Positions 12,504 through 26,600 of a stretch of DNA of 64,000 bases are shown here, piece by piece; position 1 is the first letter of the stretch, and each line of letters starts with the position of its first letter. The notes beneath the pieces are model-generated. The model was not told where the DNA came from. It worked only from the letters and a program-made list of their open reading frames with translations, and did no database searches. The position numbers and the translations under genes are program-made. Source of the DNA: Syncephalis fuscata S228 (Eukaryota > Fungi > Zoopagomycota); contig JAHLTZ010000019.1 in the NCBI GenBank assembly GCA_025786725.1, forward strand, positions 411,083-475,082, written 5' to 3'.

Positions 12504-12787
12504 AAACAATTGTATTATCACCTTTACATTGTCATATGACGCTAACAAGTCAAATGGATGATGTAGCCAACTATTATGACGTCAGGAAGCACTAGAATAT
12601 GTAAACTGATTTATTTCAATAAATATTTTTGAATTTAGTAAATACGATTTGAAACATGAAAAAGATAAAAAAAGATAATCGCCGTATTTAGATTGATAAA
12701 AGCGACACACGTACTCGTGTGTTCTCCACCATCTTTTCCTCTGCGTGTTCACCGCCAATATCTGGGCAAGTTCTCTTCCATAACAGA

Positions 12788-14010
12788 ATGCCGTGCAAAA
12801 CCATACTTGCCTCCAGTGTGGCTGCCAAGTTCACGTAAGTAGACTGTCGACCCAGTTATATCATTTAATAACCAGGCACTAGTCAGGAACTTAAAGAGCA
12901 AATTGCGGCCCAGCCGGACACTCGGCCAACACTCGTTGGATTCCTCGCCAATGACGACCCGTTTGCCGCCAAGTACGCCGAGTGGACGGGCAAGACTTGC
13001 GAAGAAACGGGCATCAAGTTTGAGCTTCGTCGCGTAGACCGTGAATTGCTTGAAGAAGCTATCGTTGAGGCTAATAGTGATGTAGCGTCAATGGTATTAT
13101 TGTATATTACCCGGTGTTTAATAATCGTCAGGCAAGTAACAGAAGGATTTAAAAAGTAGCCTGTACCAAATAGCTAATTTATGTATATGTGTATATGTTG
13201 TATTTATCAATTATATATAAATTTTATATTTACTGATTAATAGGATCAATATTTACAGAATGTAGTAAGCCCGGCCAAGGATGTTGAGGGATTGTGCCAT
13301 TTATACTGCTATAACATGTATCACAATGTTCGTTTTATGGACGAGGAAAAGCATCGTAAATGTATTATTCCATGTACACCACTGGCCATTGTAAAGGTAA
13401 TAAGCCATGTGTTATATTCAAATAATTATACCACTTACATAAACAATACTATGTTTAGGTGCTTGAACATCTTGGTGTCTATAACTCGATTCTACCTTAT
13501 GGTGATCGACTACATGGAAAGACAGTGGCCATTGTTAATCGCAGTGAAGTAGTTGGTCGTCCATTAGCCGCTCTTCTTGCTAATGATGGCGCTCGTGTCT
13601 ACTCTATTGACATCACGGGTGTTCAAGAGTTTTCACGCGGTCCAGGCATTTCTCTACAACGTCACCGGGTAATGATGGCACTATTAATGAACTATATAAT
13701 AAATACTAATATTTGACCACTTTATTCGCTAATAGGTCGTTGATATACGGAAACAGCCGATGAAGTGTTGCCACGATGTGATGTTGTCATCACCGGTGTT
13801 CCTGTTGAATCCTACAAAGTAGACACTAGCATATTGAAGGATGGTGTCGTGGCAGTCAATTTCTCAAGCTACCGCAACTTTTCTGACGACATCAAGCAAA
13901 AGGCCTCGCTTTATGTTCCATCAGTTGGTAAGGTGACTGTTGGTATGTTACAACGCAATTTATTACGACTTGCTGCCTATCAACGCTCACAGAACACTGC
14001 TACACAGTAG
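12788..14010 (+). CDS. MTD1: NAD-dependent methylenetetrahydrofolate dehydrogenase
   Basis: LVGFLAN.D..A.KYAEWT, KDVEGLCH.Y, IIPCTPLAIVK, VNRSEVVGRPLAALLANDGA, YVPSVGKVTV.ML.RNL; one apparent indel near 13083; GC-AG intron 13132-13243. Confidence 0.93.
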
Positions 14011-14126
14011 AATGTGATCGCTTATCATCGATTGAAATAAAGTAAATGTTTATGAATGACATCGATTTATTATAAAAATCAATGACACTATTTATTTGTT
14101 AAAGATAGTCTTTAAGAGCTGTCCTA

Positions 14127-15176
14127 TTAAATAGGCATTCTTTCATAAGCTAAAGCTTGACGGAACCTGGCCCAGTCGCTGATAGGTGTTTTGGCAGCCT
14201 TATGCAACGATGTACGATATCTAGCCCCTGGTCTTAGTAGTCCATCCATTAAACCCAGAAGCGATGCTTCATCATTAGATAATGTCTTTATAAGATTAAC
14301 AACAGGCGGACAGAAATTAAGACCAGCTGTTATGGTTTGCTTTAGTGTTTCTTTCGCATAATAATGGGCATCAGCAAAGCCAACTTGATAAACTGATAAA
14401 GAGGGATCATAGGGCGGTAATCCTGAGAAGCACTCATAGATAAGTGCACCCAACATCCAAGCATCGTAGGATCGACCATTAACTTTAGATCTGGTGAGTA
14501 TTTCGGGCGGCATAGCGTTATAAAATGTTTTTTTAACTTGTACTTTGGCCGAGTCCAATGGTATAGCCTGCTCTAATCCAACAATGGCTACTGTAGGTTC
14601 TTGGCCTGGCACATACTCACTAACTAGGATATTACTTGAAATAATAGCTGAATGCATATAATTGATGGAATGTAATGCATCAATGCCCTTCACTACTTCA
14701 TGAATAACCTTAGAAAGCCATCGCTTATCGTTATCCTTCACTATTAAAGGAATAGCTGTTTTAAGCGATTGAGTAATAGTAGAACGTAGACTATACAAAG
14801 TACAGGAGCCATGTGCTTTAGTTGAAAATTCACTAATGGATTGAGGGAATAAACGGTTTTCATCGAGCTTTGATAACCGTTTGTATACAATCTCTGCATG
14901 AACCAATTTGTAATTTGTGTAGTCCTTTTGGTTGGCCTTTGTAGCCTTATTACATCGAACATAGAATTGCTCGCCATTGAGTCTAAATATACTGGATTTA
15001 TCTCCAGCAGGATCAATCATCCAATTAGTAGTTTTTAATGCATTGTCTAGTTGAAGTGGATGTGGTCGTGGATCAATATATATAAGTCTTCGGGCCAAAG
15101 CCGACGAGTCTAATGCTAGTAGTAAAAAGCAAGCGACGCCATAAGTCGCATAAATGATAAAAGGTAATGTCCACAT
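14127..15176 (-). CDS. Intronless, probably secreted pseudokinase (349 aa)
   Basis: Hydrophobic N-terminal leader; kinase C-lobe motifs LHSINYMHSAIISSNILV, MPPE, DAWMLG..IYE..SG.PPY; catalytic K, HRD-Asp and DFG are all replaced. Confidence 0.8.
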   Translation of the reverse strand: MWTLPFIIYATYGVACFLLLALDSSALARRLIYIDPRPHPLQLDNALKTTNWMIDPAGDKSSIFRLNGEQFYVRCNKATKANQKDYTNYKLVHAEIVYKRLSKLDENRLFPQSISEFSTKAHGSCTLYSLRSTITQSLKTAIPLIVKDNDKRWLSKVIHEVVKGIDALHSINYMHSAIISSNILVSEYVPGQEPTVAIVGLEQAIPLDSAKVQVKKTFYNAMPPEILTRSKVNGRSYDAWMLGALIYECFSGLPPYDPSLSVYQVGFADAHYYAKETLKQTITAGLNFCPPVVNLIKTLSNDEASLLGLMDGLLRPGARYRTSLHKAAKTPISDWARFRQALAYERMPI

Positions 15177-15508
15177 TAAATAGTTTATAAGAGGTGGTAG
15201 TAAAGGTAAGAATGGTACGAGTAGTGGTTGTGGTAGTAGTGAATGAGTGCGATCGTGATAAACAATATAAAATGTTGTTGTAAATGTGGGTCACTAGCCA
15301 CTTATCATTCTTATAAATAGAAACTATTTGCAATTCGGAATTGTACCACGTTGAAAGCTACATTTCGTAATTTTCGTTTTATTTTGACAATAGCTATAAG
15401 AACATGTACTATTTAAGCATTGCTACCACGGGATAATATCTAAATAGTGCTCTTTTCTCATGCATGATGTTTGCCTTCTGTAATTGTGACAGTCATGTTA
15501 CTTTTCCA

Positions 15509-17405
15509 CTATAACTGGCTATCCATTAATGGCAATGGTTCTGATTCTGGCTGTACTGGTATGTAAAATGTTGTCTCTTCATCAGAACAACTATCACTAA
15601 CCATCCCGTCCGAATCGTCATAAGGATTCGGATCATTGATGGTAGTCACATCTATTTCCTGCAATTGTTGGGTGCCAGCGTGTGTTCTATTATCTGCTGT
15701 ACTGGTCATTATAGACGAGTTTGTACTGTTAAATGATGCGGATGCCTCGATTGAGTCCACCATCGGCTTATCGATCATGATTGTTAGTGTGGGTCTACAA
15801 AATAGATTAATCTTTGGATGCCATACTTACCAAATCGAATTCATCTTCTCGTTCTACATAATAAATGTTTTCTTCGAGTTGAGAGAAATCAGGAGCATAG
15901 GCACTCCAATGCTCTTCGCGATGTACTGACCACAAGTATACACGACCAGCAGCTGACACAGTTGCCATAACCGGCAGAAATGGATGCCACTAATTATATA
16001 TGAGTTATGATATAAGCTGACCAGTTGTATACATACACAAAGATCTTCAATAGTTTCTTTTGGACCTTCGACCATTTTAACTAAACTGCCTCGATGTAAA
16101 TCCCAAATATAAGCATTGTGTTCTGCCTTATGGGCCGATCCTATAATTTATTAATATTATTTAATTATTTATATATATATATATCTTGATACTTACCACC
16201 AATTACATATTCTTCATCTGAACTAAATGTGCATTGATTCCATTGATGTCGATCAATAACATCTTGAAATTTATGTCGTTGCGTAAGATTAAAGGTTGTT
16301 TTTGAATTATCATTTGATGGTAAAGTAATATTAACATCAAATACGCGAATTGTCCTATCCAATGAATTGACGGCCAAATAACTAATTGTATAAATGCTGC
16401 ATTAATTCATTGTAATAATATTAACGATAAACTATTTACCTATTTCTTTTACTTAAATGCAATTGACGAATGCAGCTACTTGATATTTGCATTGTATGAA
16501 TAATCTAATCGTTGTAATAGATAGTTAATAATGACTATTATTTAATTTAATTAGTATCATTCACAAACACTTACTTCGCCCGTTTCCGCTTCTAGAATAA
16601 CTAGTTTGCCTTTATAAGTGCCCAGATAAAGATAATTGCCACGTCGGTCGAAACATAAAGTTACCACAAAATTTTTTCTATTGTATTTGTATTAGCAGTT
16701 AAAAGTATAAGTACCGCCTAACTTACGCTAAATCATCTTCAGGTCCATCGCCCGCGTATAAAATACTTCGCTGTTTCCGACCATCAGGCAACATACGTAT
16801 TTGTGTTACTGGTCCCATAAATGTACACGCTACAAATAAATCACTACACTTACCAGGTAGAATTAGCATTGATTTAGAAGTATTAATGGTGATAGCTAAT
16901 ATACTATGAATATTTACCTTTGGCGTGGATGCATGGCCGATGACATAACAATCGATTCAAATCGAGCTGTCATACGTCGATCGCCCGTCTTTAAGTCCCA
17001 ACAAATACAGTTCCAATCGGCTGCACTTGTTAGTAAGTAGCGGCCGTTACGCGACCAGCTAGTGAACAAATGAGTACAATCATACTGGTTATTGTTTTAA
17101 ATGCAGTGAACTTCTTGTTCTGTACCTCACACAAGTGACCGGTCGAACGTGTCCTTCGAGCATACAAGCTACACCGCGTGTTGCATAGTCCCAGACGTAA
17201 CAGCGGCCATCGCGACAGCCTACAGCCAAATAAGAGCCTTGGCGATTCCATCGTGCACACTGCGCTTCTCCCTCCTCAATACACGCATCAAGCAATTCTG
17301 GATAGTTTTGCTCAGCGGGTGCTACGTATACGCAATCATTCATTCATTATCAGCTGTCATTCTATTAATAAACAGGTAAGGCTTACGTAAAAGCTGGAGA
17401 TTCAT
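15509..17405 (-). CDS. SWD1: COMPASS WD40 subunit Swd1/RBBP5, multi-exon
   Basis: MNLQLL...QNYPE, LAVGCRDGR, LEGHVRPVT..SWSRNGRYLLTS..DW, HKFQDVIDR.QW, LVKMVEGPKE, YVEREDEFD; indels near 15850-15960. Confidence 0.92.
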
Positions 17406-17566
17406 AATAAAAGATGCGGTTAAAGACGCAGCTTTAAATTCAAATAAACGTGTTATTCTTTTCTAAATTTCTTTTTTATAAACTTTATACTTTTTAGTTA
17501 AATCGTACTCATCGCACTATTCTACCTATTAGCGCGAAGTAACAGCTGTATAATAGTTTATGTCGA

Positions 17567-18668
17567 ATGGAAGGCTCACAAACACACACACCAGTTAGAG
17601 TGAGTGCGGCTGAGCGAGCTGCTTCCCGCCTCACCGAAGAGGTAGCAGTGTGAATGAATAGCAAGTATTGATACTAATAATACTCGTATACCTATAAATA
17701 TAAATAATTATATTTATGTTGATAGGAACTTGAACGTAAAGTTAAAGACTTTGTACGGCTAGCTTTGTGTTCAGAAAGACGACGTGTTCCATTAAAACGC
17801 GGTGATATCTCGGAAAAAGGTAATTTATCTGTGTAGTAGTCGGTAACTAATAGTATTTAATAACGATATTATTATAATTATTAAAGTGCTTATGGAACAT
17901 TCAAGAGCATTTCAATTAATTTATGAACGGGCTCAAATTCAGTTACGAGAAGTATTTGGCATGGAACTTATTGAATTGCCTACAAAAGAGAAATCACATA
18001 AAATTGGCGTATCTGCATCACGTCGAGGTAAGTTTAAATGTTTTTTAGTTAAATAATTTATATTTATTGTTTAATGTATTATAGCGGTTGTTAATCGAGA
18101 AAAGACATCAAGTAATACATTTATATTGCGTAGTATTCTACCAAAAGAGTTACGCCGAGAGAATCTCATTGACTGGAGAGAAGATACAGCATTTTACGGG
18201 TTTACTCTTACTGTGCTTAGTCTTATTTATGTTAATGAACGACGCTTAACTGAAGGTAGATACAATATATACAATTGTTAAGCCATATAACCATCTAACT
18301 AAATATAATAATAGATCAGTTACGACCATTATTAAAGCGATTAGGTGTAACAGATCGGACACATCCTCAATTAGAATCGCTAGACGCTGCCCTACTGCGT
18401 ATGTCTAAAATAAAATATCTTGATCGATTAGTTATTGGTCCTGATAGTCAGGCAGAACCTTCAGCCATCGAATATCGATGGGGACCGCGAGCTAAGGTAG
18501 AGGTGGCCGAAGAAGAACTAATCGACTTTATTACCGAGGTATGTATATTTATGATAACTGCTATCTTAATGAATAGGGTAATTGATATTTAATTAGATAT
18601 TTGGCGAACAAGCACCAGCAGGATTGGCCGAATCAGCAAAACGAGCTAGTGGTGCTAATGTTGATTAA
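17567..18668 (+). CDS. NSE3: Nse3/MAGE-domain subunit of the Smc5/6 complex, multi-exon
   Basis: KVKDFVRLALCSE.RRVPLKR.DISEK, F..IYERAQ.QLREVFGMEL.ELP, GLL.TVLSLIYVN, EYRWGPRAKVE. Confidence 0.9.
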
Positions 18669-18727
18669 TTAATGGATTAGCACATTGCATCCATTACAGT
18701 AATATTATTATAGTAATAAAATACAAT

Positions 18728-20418
18728 TTATTCATCTGTTGATGTATTTTGGTATCTATTATGATAATGATTAAACAGTTGAATTTCAGATGGAGTGCGA
18801 ATATAAGCTGTCTCTTCTTCTTGCGTTAAGTCTTGATCATTTAACTCAGTTGACATCATTGCGTCTATTGATCGATGCTGAATAGTTATGGTTGATGGTC
18901 TATTTGCAGATAACTTGCTTTTGCGTGTATTGATTCGTTTAAACGATGGTGCTGCACGATCAACCATATGTAGATTATTTAATAAAGGTGGTTCATTTAC
19001 TGGTATAGCATAGGATGATGATGATGATAATGATGATGGTAATGAAGCCATATCAATATTAGTATTACGTGATACAGGTGTAGCTAATTGGGCTAATGCA
19101 CTTGCTGAGGGTTCATCAGTTGCATCATTAGCTTCTAACCTAGATGAAGTCAATGTTTCTATCGATGTTGTATCTACAAGTTCATGTGTTGCTGTTGCTG
19201 CTGCTGTTGTATCTAATTGTTTATCATCTGCCAACTTGACAATTTCTTGCCATCGTTGGATAAGTGTATTTAAAGATGAATAAAAAACAGATTGTTGCTG
19301 TCGTGGTCCTAATTTCTTAATTTCCACTAGATCTGGTAATAGACAGAGATAGTTTAATAGTACGCGTTTATGTTCTTGTCGGCTACGTTGTACGGTAGAA
19401 ACTGCCACGCCCATTGCTTTACTTAATGATGTGACTCGATTGGGTAAATCCTTATCTAAATGATAGCCTAATTGTGCCTCTAAAGCAAATAGAATGGCTA
19501 CAACAGCCAATGTATCTGGTCGACGTCCTGTTATAAGGCCAGATCGCGCCATAAACATAAGAAGAATACGGGCATTTTGAGCGAGTAATGGATCAGGTAA
19601 TGGTAATTGATGTTGTACTGCAACATCTCGTAATTGTGACAATTTACTTGGAATAAATAAAGATGGATCAGTAGCATTAACTTTTGTTGTTGTCGTAGAT
19701 GATGTTATTAATGGAGGAGATAATACTTGTTGTTGTTGTTGTTGTTGTTGTTGTTCCAATTGTTTAAGATATTGTTCAGTTTGCGCATATGCTTTTCCTA
19801 AAGATGTCACACTGCTATTTACAAGTACCTAATTAATTTATATTATTATAAATCAATTAATAAAGCAATATCATTTAATATTTATATTAATATTGTATAT
19901 ATAACTTACTGCTAAATCAGCTAAACTCATGGATCGACTCGATTCACGTAATACATATAAGATACATGATGCACACATTAAAATACGCGACCTTATACGA
20001 AGATCACCATCTAAGCATTGCGTAAATAGATACCAAGCACGTTCTTGATTAGCACCTAAATTAACGCTAACACTTAAAGAGCGCATTTGTTTACGCCATT
20101 TTTGCTAATAGTATAGCGCAATAATAAACGATTAGACTATATTACACTATTAAATACTAAAATACTTACTCTTGATCGTCGTTCGCCAGCTATTTGCTGG
20201 CCAGTAATACCCGCAACTTTAGGTCGTTTACTCAGATTCGTAGCAAATACTGTAGCTGGACGATTCAAGTGTACGCCTTCATTAAACGATAGTCGCTCAT
20301 CGAGTATTGTCCCACTAAGTATAGTACCACACTTTGTGCATACAATCTCGCCCGATTCTATCGTTTCTTCAGCTTCAATCACGGTTTGACAAACGGTACA
20401 GTATTGACTAGATAGCAT
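18728..20418 (-). CDS. TFIIB-related Pol III factor, BRF2-like, 3 exons
   Basis: N-terminal Zn ribbon CTVC...CTKCG; cyclin repeats (ILMCASCILYV.R, ITGRRPDTLAVVAILFA); C-terminal TBP-anchor-like EETAYIRTPSEI. Confidence 0.8.
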
Positions 20419-20677
20419 ACTGCCAAAAAAGAAGTATAAAAGATAACGTCATACTAAAAGAAAGAAAAAGTCATGTGATTTATGTAAATGACTACGTCAG
20501 CGGTATTTTTAGAACCTATTCTGCCTTCTTTTCCACTTCATTCACCTTCTACCTTCATACGTCTTTATCATTGAATTGTCTACTGTTATTTCAACGTATT
20601 TAACAACATAGTTAACTACTACATTAGCGACAACTGTTTATATTTCTTAGCCACTTTTGCGGTACATTGATGACAAT

Positions 20678-23600
20678 ATGTTTGAATCCATTGTTGCCAA
20701 CGTGCTCAACAAGTTTCTTGGTGATTTTGTCGATAATTTAGAGCACAAGCAGCTCAATATCGGCATCTGGAGTGGTAAGTAAATATAATAAGCAAGTAAA
20801 TGGCCTTTAATCAATGAATGTTAGGTGATGTTACGCTTAACAACCTACGTTTAAAGAAAGAAGCGCTTAATCGCTTCAATCTACCGGTTGATGTTAAAGA
20901 AGGTAAGCTTGTGAGACTATATCGCCACCAAATGACACTTGCTAATTAAATCAAATAGGCTATCTTGGCAGCTTAGTACTTAAGATTCCCTGGAGCAATT
21001 TAAAGGGCCAACCTGTTCGAGTGATTGTTCAAGATGTCTACTTGTTAGCAGCACCACGTGTATCTACAACGGTACTTAATCGTATATACTATAATATACT
21101 TTTAATAATCTATAATTAGTATGACGAACAAGAGGAAATAGAACGGGAATTTCAACAGAAAATGAGTCGATTGGAAACGGCTGAGATGTTACAACCAAAA
21201 GCCAGTACACAAAATCAAGGTAATAATAAGAATAATCAAGTAGATATATTTATTTATACAAGTATTAGAGGATAATATGAAGAGTACTTCATTTACTACA
21301 CAGTTAGTAACAAAGATTGTTGACAATTTACAAGTATCTATTAGCAATATTCATATTCGATATGAAGATGCTGTCAGTCATCCAGGACATCGATTTGCAT
21401 TAGGCATTACATTGCATAAACTATCTGCTCAGTCCACAGATGGTCAATGGAATGAGATATTTATTGAAAATGCCTCAGATACTATTCATAAACTATGTAA
21501 ATTGGACTGTCTAGCTGTGTATTTCAATACAGAAACAGTCTCGTTGGAAGCACAACAGAAACCAATTGAGAAGTTTACATCATTGGTAATTGTTATATAA
21601 ACAGACGATATGGTAATTCATTACTTATCATAATTACTATAGATTGCTACAGATCAAAATGCCCAACTTAGTCACCAGTATATTCTAAAGCCTGTTTCAG
21701 GTGTAGGCCGAGTAAGTTATAATAGATCAGTAGTTTCAGTGACTAGTTAACACTTTGTATAGATTAAGCTGAATAAGAACTTTTCATTGGAAAAGCCCAA
21801 AACAAATGCTACTTTGTTATTCGATGAATTAGCATTTGTATTGGATGATGAACAGTATCGTGATGCATTACTGTGTCTTAATTTTTATCACTTTTCAATT
21901 AGACAACAGCAAGTAAGTAATATGAAGATATATATATAGAAAGTAATCATTAATAAAACATTAATTATATAACATCAAATAGTATCGTAAATATCGACCA
22001 CCTAGTTATATGACAGCAAAGACCAATCCACGTGAATGGTTTAAATTTGCCGGTAACTGTATATTAAATGAGATTCATGAAAGACGTCGTAAATGGACCT
22101 GGGAACACTTTGCCCGTCGTCGAGATGAACGTAAAGCCTATATTCGTTTATTTATGAACTCACAACTTGAAACACAAGTACCGGTAATAGTTATTATTTA
22201 ATATATACATATATAATTATATAATTATATAAACTAATTATCAATCGTTATTAGGGATCCCATAATGCAGTTGAATTGGCCAAATTGGAACGAGAATTAT
22301 CATATGAAGATATTCGATTCTATCGTTCTATTGCCCGTGCTAAATTGCGTAAAGAAAAGGCTTATCAAGGTAAATGTGACAAACTATTTTGTAAATGAGC
22401 CATTGTATTAACACATAGTACATTAATTAGAGCAAGTAAAGAAGCAACAACAGCAACAACAGCAACAACAAAAAGGTGGCTGGCTTGACTGGTGGTATGG
22501 CTCTAGCGGCAATCAATCAGCCCAGAAACCAGCCGATCCAGTACTTTCTGAACAAGAAATCAAAGCACTTTATGACACTATTGACTTTGATGAACAAGCA
22601 AATTTATTTGATGTCCCTAAAGAAGTAAGTATTTATAGTATATATATATTAGTAGTATCATATTCACCATTCTATTTATACCATTATAGTGTATACTGAT
22701 GGCATTAAAGACGGTATTGCAACGTGGATCGCTTACTCTACGCTATTCGCCACGTTCAGGCGATAAAGAATTAGTATCTGTCGTATTTGATACATTCACC
22801 GCCTCATTGTCCAAAGACCCGAGAATCTCACTGCTAGCATGGAGCTTAACGACTTTCAAATTCGCGATAGTACAACACCCGATACGCTCTATCCATTGCT
22901 GGCCAAAGTACAAGAAGTAGCCAAAAAGGCCGCCGCATTAGAGGGATCTGTTCAATCAGCGGCCATTACCGAGATTACTGAAGAGGATCAATCATCGCTA
23001 AATGAGATTATGTCGGTATCACGTAAAATCGAGCCATTCTTGTATGTTCAATTCGAGCACAAACCATTGGATGAACGAGCAGACAACGCCATTTTATTGA
23101 AGATGCGTAATATTGAGTTCATCTACAGTAGAGTGGCCTTTAGTACACTTGAAGCCTTCTTTAAACCACCCACCACTGCTCTAGAGTCGATTAATGCATT
23201 GATTGTAAGTGGTTATTTAATAGAAATACTCTATAGTAACTTTATGCAACAACAATAGGAAGCGGCCGGTGATACGTTTGAAGAGTTTAAAGAGAAAACA
23301 CTTGCTGGATTTGAGCATGCACTCGATGAACATAAAACAATGGATGTTCGTGTAGATATTGATGCCCCTATCTTCATTTTACCTGAAAGGTAGATAACAA
23401 CTGTTATACGTATTGTCAATACTAATGATTGATATGATATAGTTGCACAGATCCTAATTCTAATGTTGTGGTCATTGACTCTGGTCGAATTAAAGTGGCC
23501 AGTGATTTGGCCAGTAAACAACGCAAAGAAGAAGTACAAGCAATGCGTGGCCGTCAAGTGACGCCAGAAGAGTTTCAAAAACTTGAACTACTTATGTATG

Positions 23601-26600
23601 ATCGATTTAATGTTGACTTTTCTTCAGTACAAGTAAGTAATTAACGTAGCAATAGTATTGCTATTATTTACTAATATTAATGCTATTCTAGGTGGTTATT
23701 GGCCAATCGGTTGAAAAGTGTTTAGATTTAGTACGAACACCAGATTCAGACGATGTACGACATGTATTGAATCGTGTTAATATGTCATTTGTATTAGAAA
23801 CATCTATTCTACCGGATGCATTTGATTTACCGGCTATTAAAGTTGGTGGTCGATTGCCATTATTGCAAATCAACTTTTCAGATCGTAAATATCGAACATT
23901 AATGAATATTCTTGATTTGATATCACCGCCCGATGAACCGGATGCTGATTTCGAACCATATCCATATTTGAATCGACGTTCACCCAATCTAGATCGAGTA
24001 TTTTCACTTGGTCTACGCCGTGAACTATTGCTGGAAGGTGCTGGTGATGATAGTGGATTGGAGACAACATCCTCTACCAAGAATACATCCACCGATGATG
24101 TAAGCGACGACGACGATGACGATACCTTCTACGACGCCGAAGACCGACCATCCGTAAGTAAAACAATTGTAATAATACTTTTGCTAACAATATCTATGCC
24201 TATTGTAGATGAGCCTGAAAAAGGTCACTAGATTGGCTAACAAGACCCAAATCAAGTTAGCCTTTAATGCAGAACATGTGGTCGTCAATATTCGACGCAG
24301 TCATCCATCAGCGCCAATGGAAGAATTTGACTTGGCTGTTATGGAATTACAGAAATTCGATCTACAATTTACCAAACGACCATTTGATATGAATGTAGAT
24401 GTGGCACTAACTTCTATTATTATCAATGATATGATAGTGAAGAGCGACACACCTATTCGTATGTTAAGTTGTGGTCTAGACTCGCAAGAGAGTGAACATG
24501 AATTAGCACTGAAGGCCAACTTCATCCGTGTTCTACCCAAATCACCTGACTATATGGAAAAGTATGAGTGTATTGATCAGTCATTGCTAGTTACTATGTC
24601 ACGGTTAAATATTAGAGTGGAGGCCAAAAGTGTATTAACTTTACAAGACTTTTTATTAGTAACATTTACCGATGCCAAAAAGTCTAGTAATAGTAAAACA
24701 TCTCGATCTGATCTACATCAAAGTGATCATGGTCCATCATTATCATTATCGCCGCCACCACCACAACCACCACCACCATCAGCCGTATCTGTACCGAGTA
24801 ATACAGCGGCTATTAAACGACAGGCCAATACACCTAAAACAAAGATTGTCGCTGATATGCGTGCCGTCTGTCTTACGTTTGCCGATACCCATCGATCTAT
24901 TGCTGTGGCCTTACTCGAAGATATGCATGCCGGACTATTACTCGTTAATGATACGATTAAACTGGGGGCAAGACTAGGTAACTTTACCGTAATGAACGAT
25001 AAAGGTGATGCCAAATTACTCGAAATTGTGGGCCGTGAATTAGTTGATTTGCGTTACGAAACATTCCTACCTGATCAATCTGATTATCCCGGATATGATG
25101 CCAATATTTATTTGCATACTGGATCAATGCAATTCACCTTTTTGGATAAAGTAGTACGTGATTTAGTGGTATTTGCCAATCAATTTACTCAAATGCAAAG
25201 CTTTTACGACAAAGCACGTGCTGCAGCCGTTGAATCAGCCACTCAATTACAAGAACAAACGAAGCATATGCGATTGGATGTTAAAATACTCTCGCCTATT
25301 CTTGTATTGCCTCTACAAGGTACATCGGAACTAATTAGAGCCCATTTGGGCGAAATATCCGCTCAGAATGAATTCAGTCCTGATCCACATGGTGTACCGG
25401 GTAGTCAGATTGATAACATGAAGATTCGTGTTAGATCCATGTTTGTCGAATCTATATTTGACGTACAACAAGCTGAATTACAAAAACTACAAATGATTGA
25501 AGATGTCCACATATCGTTAGATCTAGTCCATGCCAAGCATATCAACGACTTTGATCGACCCGATCTACTAGTAAGTATATTAAGGAGTAATAGTGCTTTA
25601 CCTAATCAGCATCATCGTTAGGTCATGTCTAATATATCGAATGTTAATATTAAATTAACACAACGACAATACAAAGAAGCTATGGGACTCGTCCAACGTA
25701 TTACGTCAGTATTTAATAACGATAGTACATCTACATCACCTATGCGGGCATCCACCGTACTTTCACCTTCATTAGCTATTACGCACAGTGCTGCTATGTC
25801 TCGTACACCTACTGAATCTGAACTAGTCACCAAACCATCGTCTACGAATGAGAAGCCGTGGAGTCGCATCGATGGCAAACTATTGATTCAACAAGTACGA
25901 CTTGAACTATTTGTCGGTGATGGTAGCACCTTTACTAGTCTAGAAGAATCGAGTCTATCCTATTTCTCGTTAAATAAGATTGAATTGAAGTTTAATTTGA
26001 ATACACGTGATGTTCTAGAAACTGAATTGCAACTGGCATCATTTATAGTGGATGATTCACGCGTACGGTCTAATAATCAGCATCGACATATTGTACCGGC
26101 TATTGAAACAGATAATCCACAATTTATGGTTCATTTATCACGTCTACCCTCCAACGATATGGTGGCCAATGTTACCGTAGATAGTCCCAAGGTTATTCTC
26201 GTATTGGATTACCTATTTGCACTAAGAGATTTTGCACTAAGTGGTGTAGATGCTCTACAGTCATCGCCACCCAATCAAGCATCTACAGCAGCCACTACTA
26301 CTGCTAAGACATCATCAGCAATGGAGACCCAATTAAGTTTACGACTTAATATAGTAGATACAGAGATTATTCTACTTGCTGATCCAGAGAGTAAATCGTC
26401 AGAAGCCATTGTATTATCTGCCTCTCAGTTAACATTAACTAACAGAATGTACTTACACTTGCGGTTGATTATATGGGCATGGTATTATGTCGTATGGATA
26501 ATCGTGAATCAACAAGTTTACGTCTAATTGATGAATTTAATGTTCTACTTTCTCTTAATGGACAACGAGCACCTACAGGCGAGGATAGTACATTGATTGA

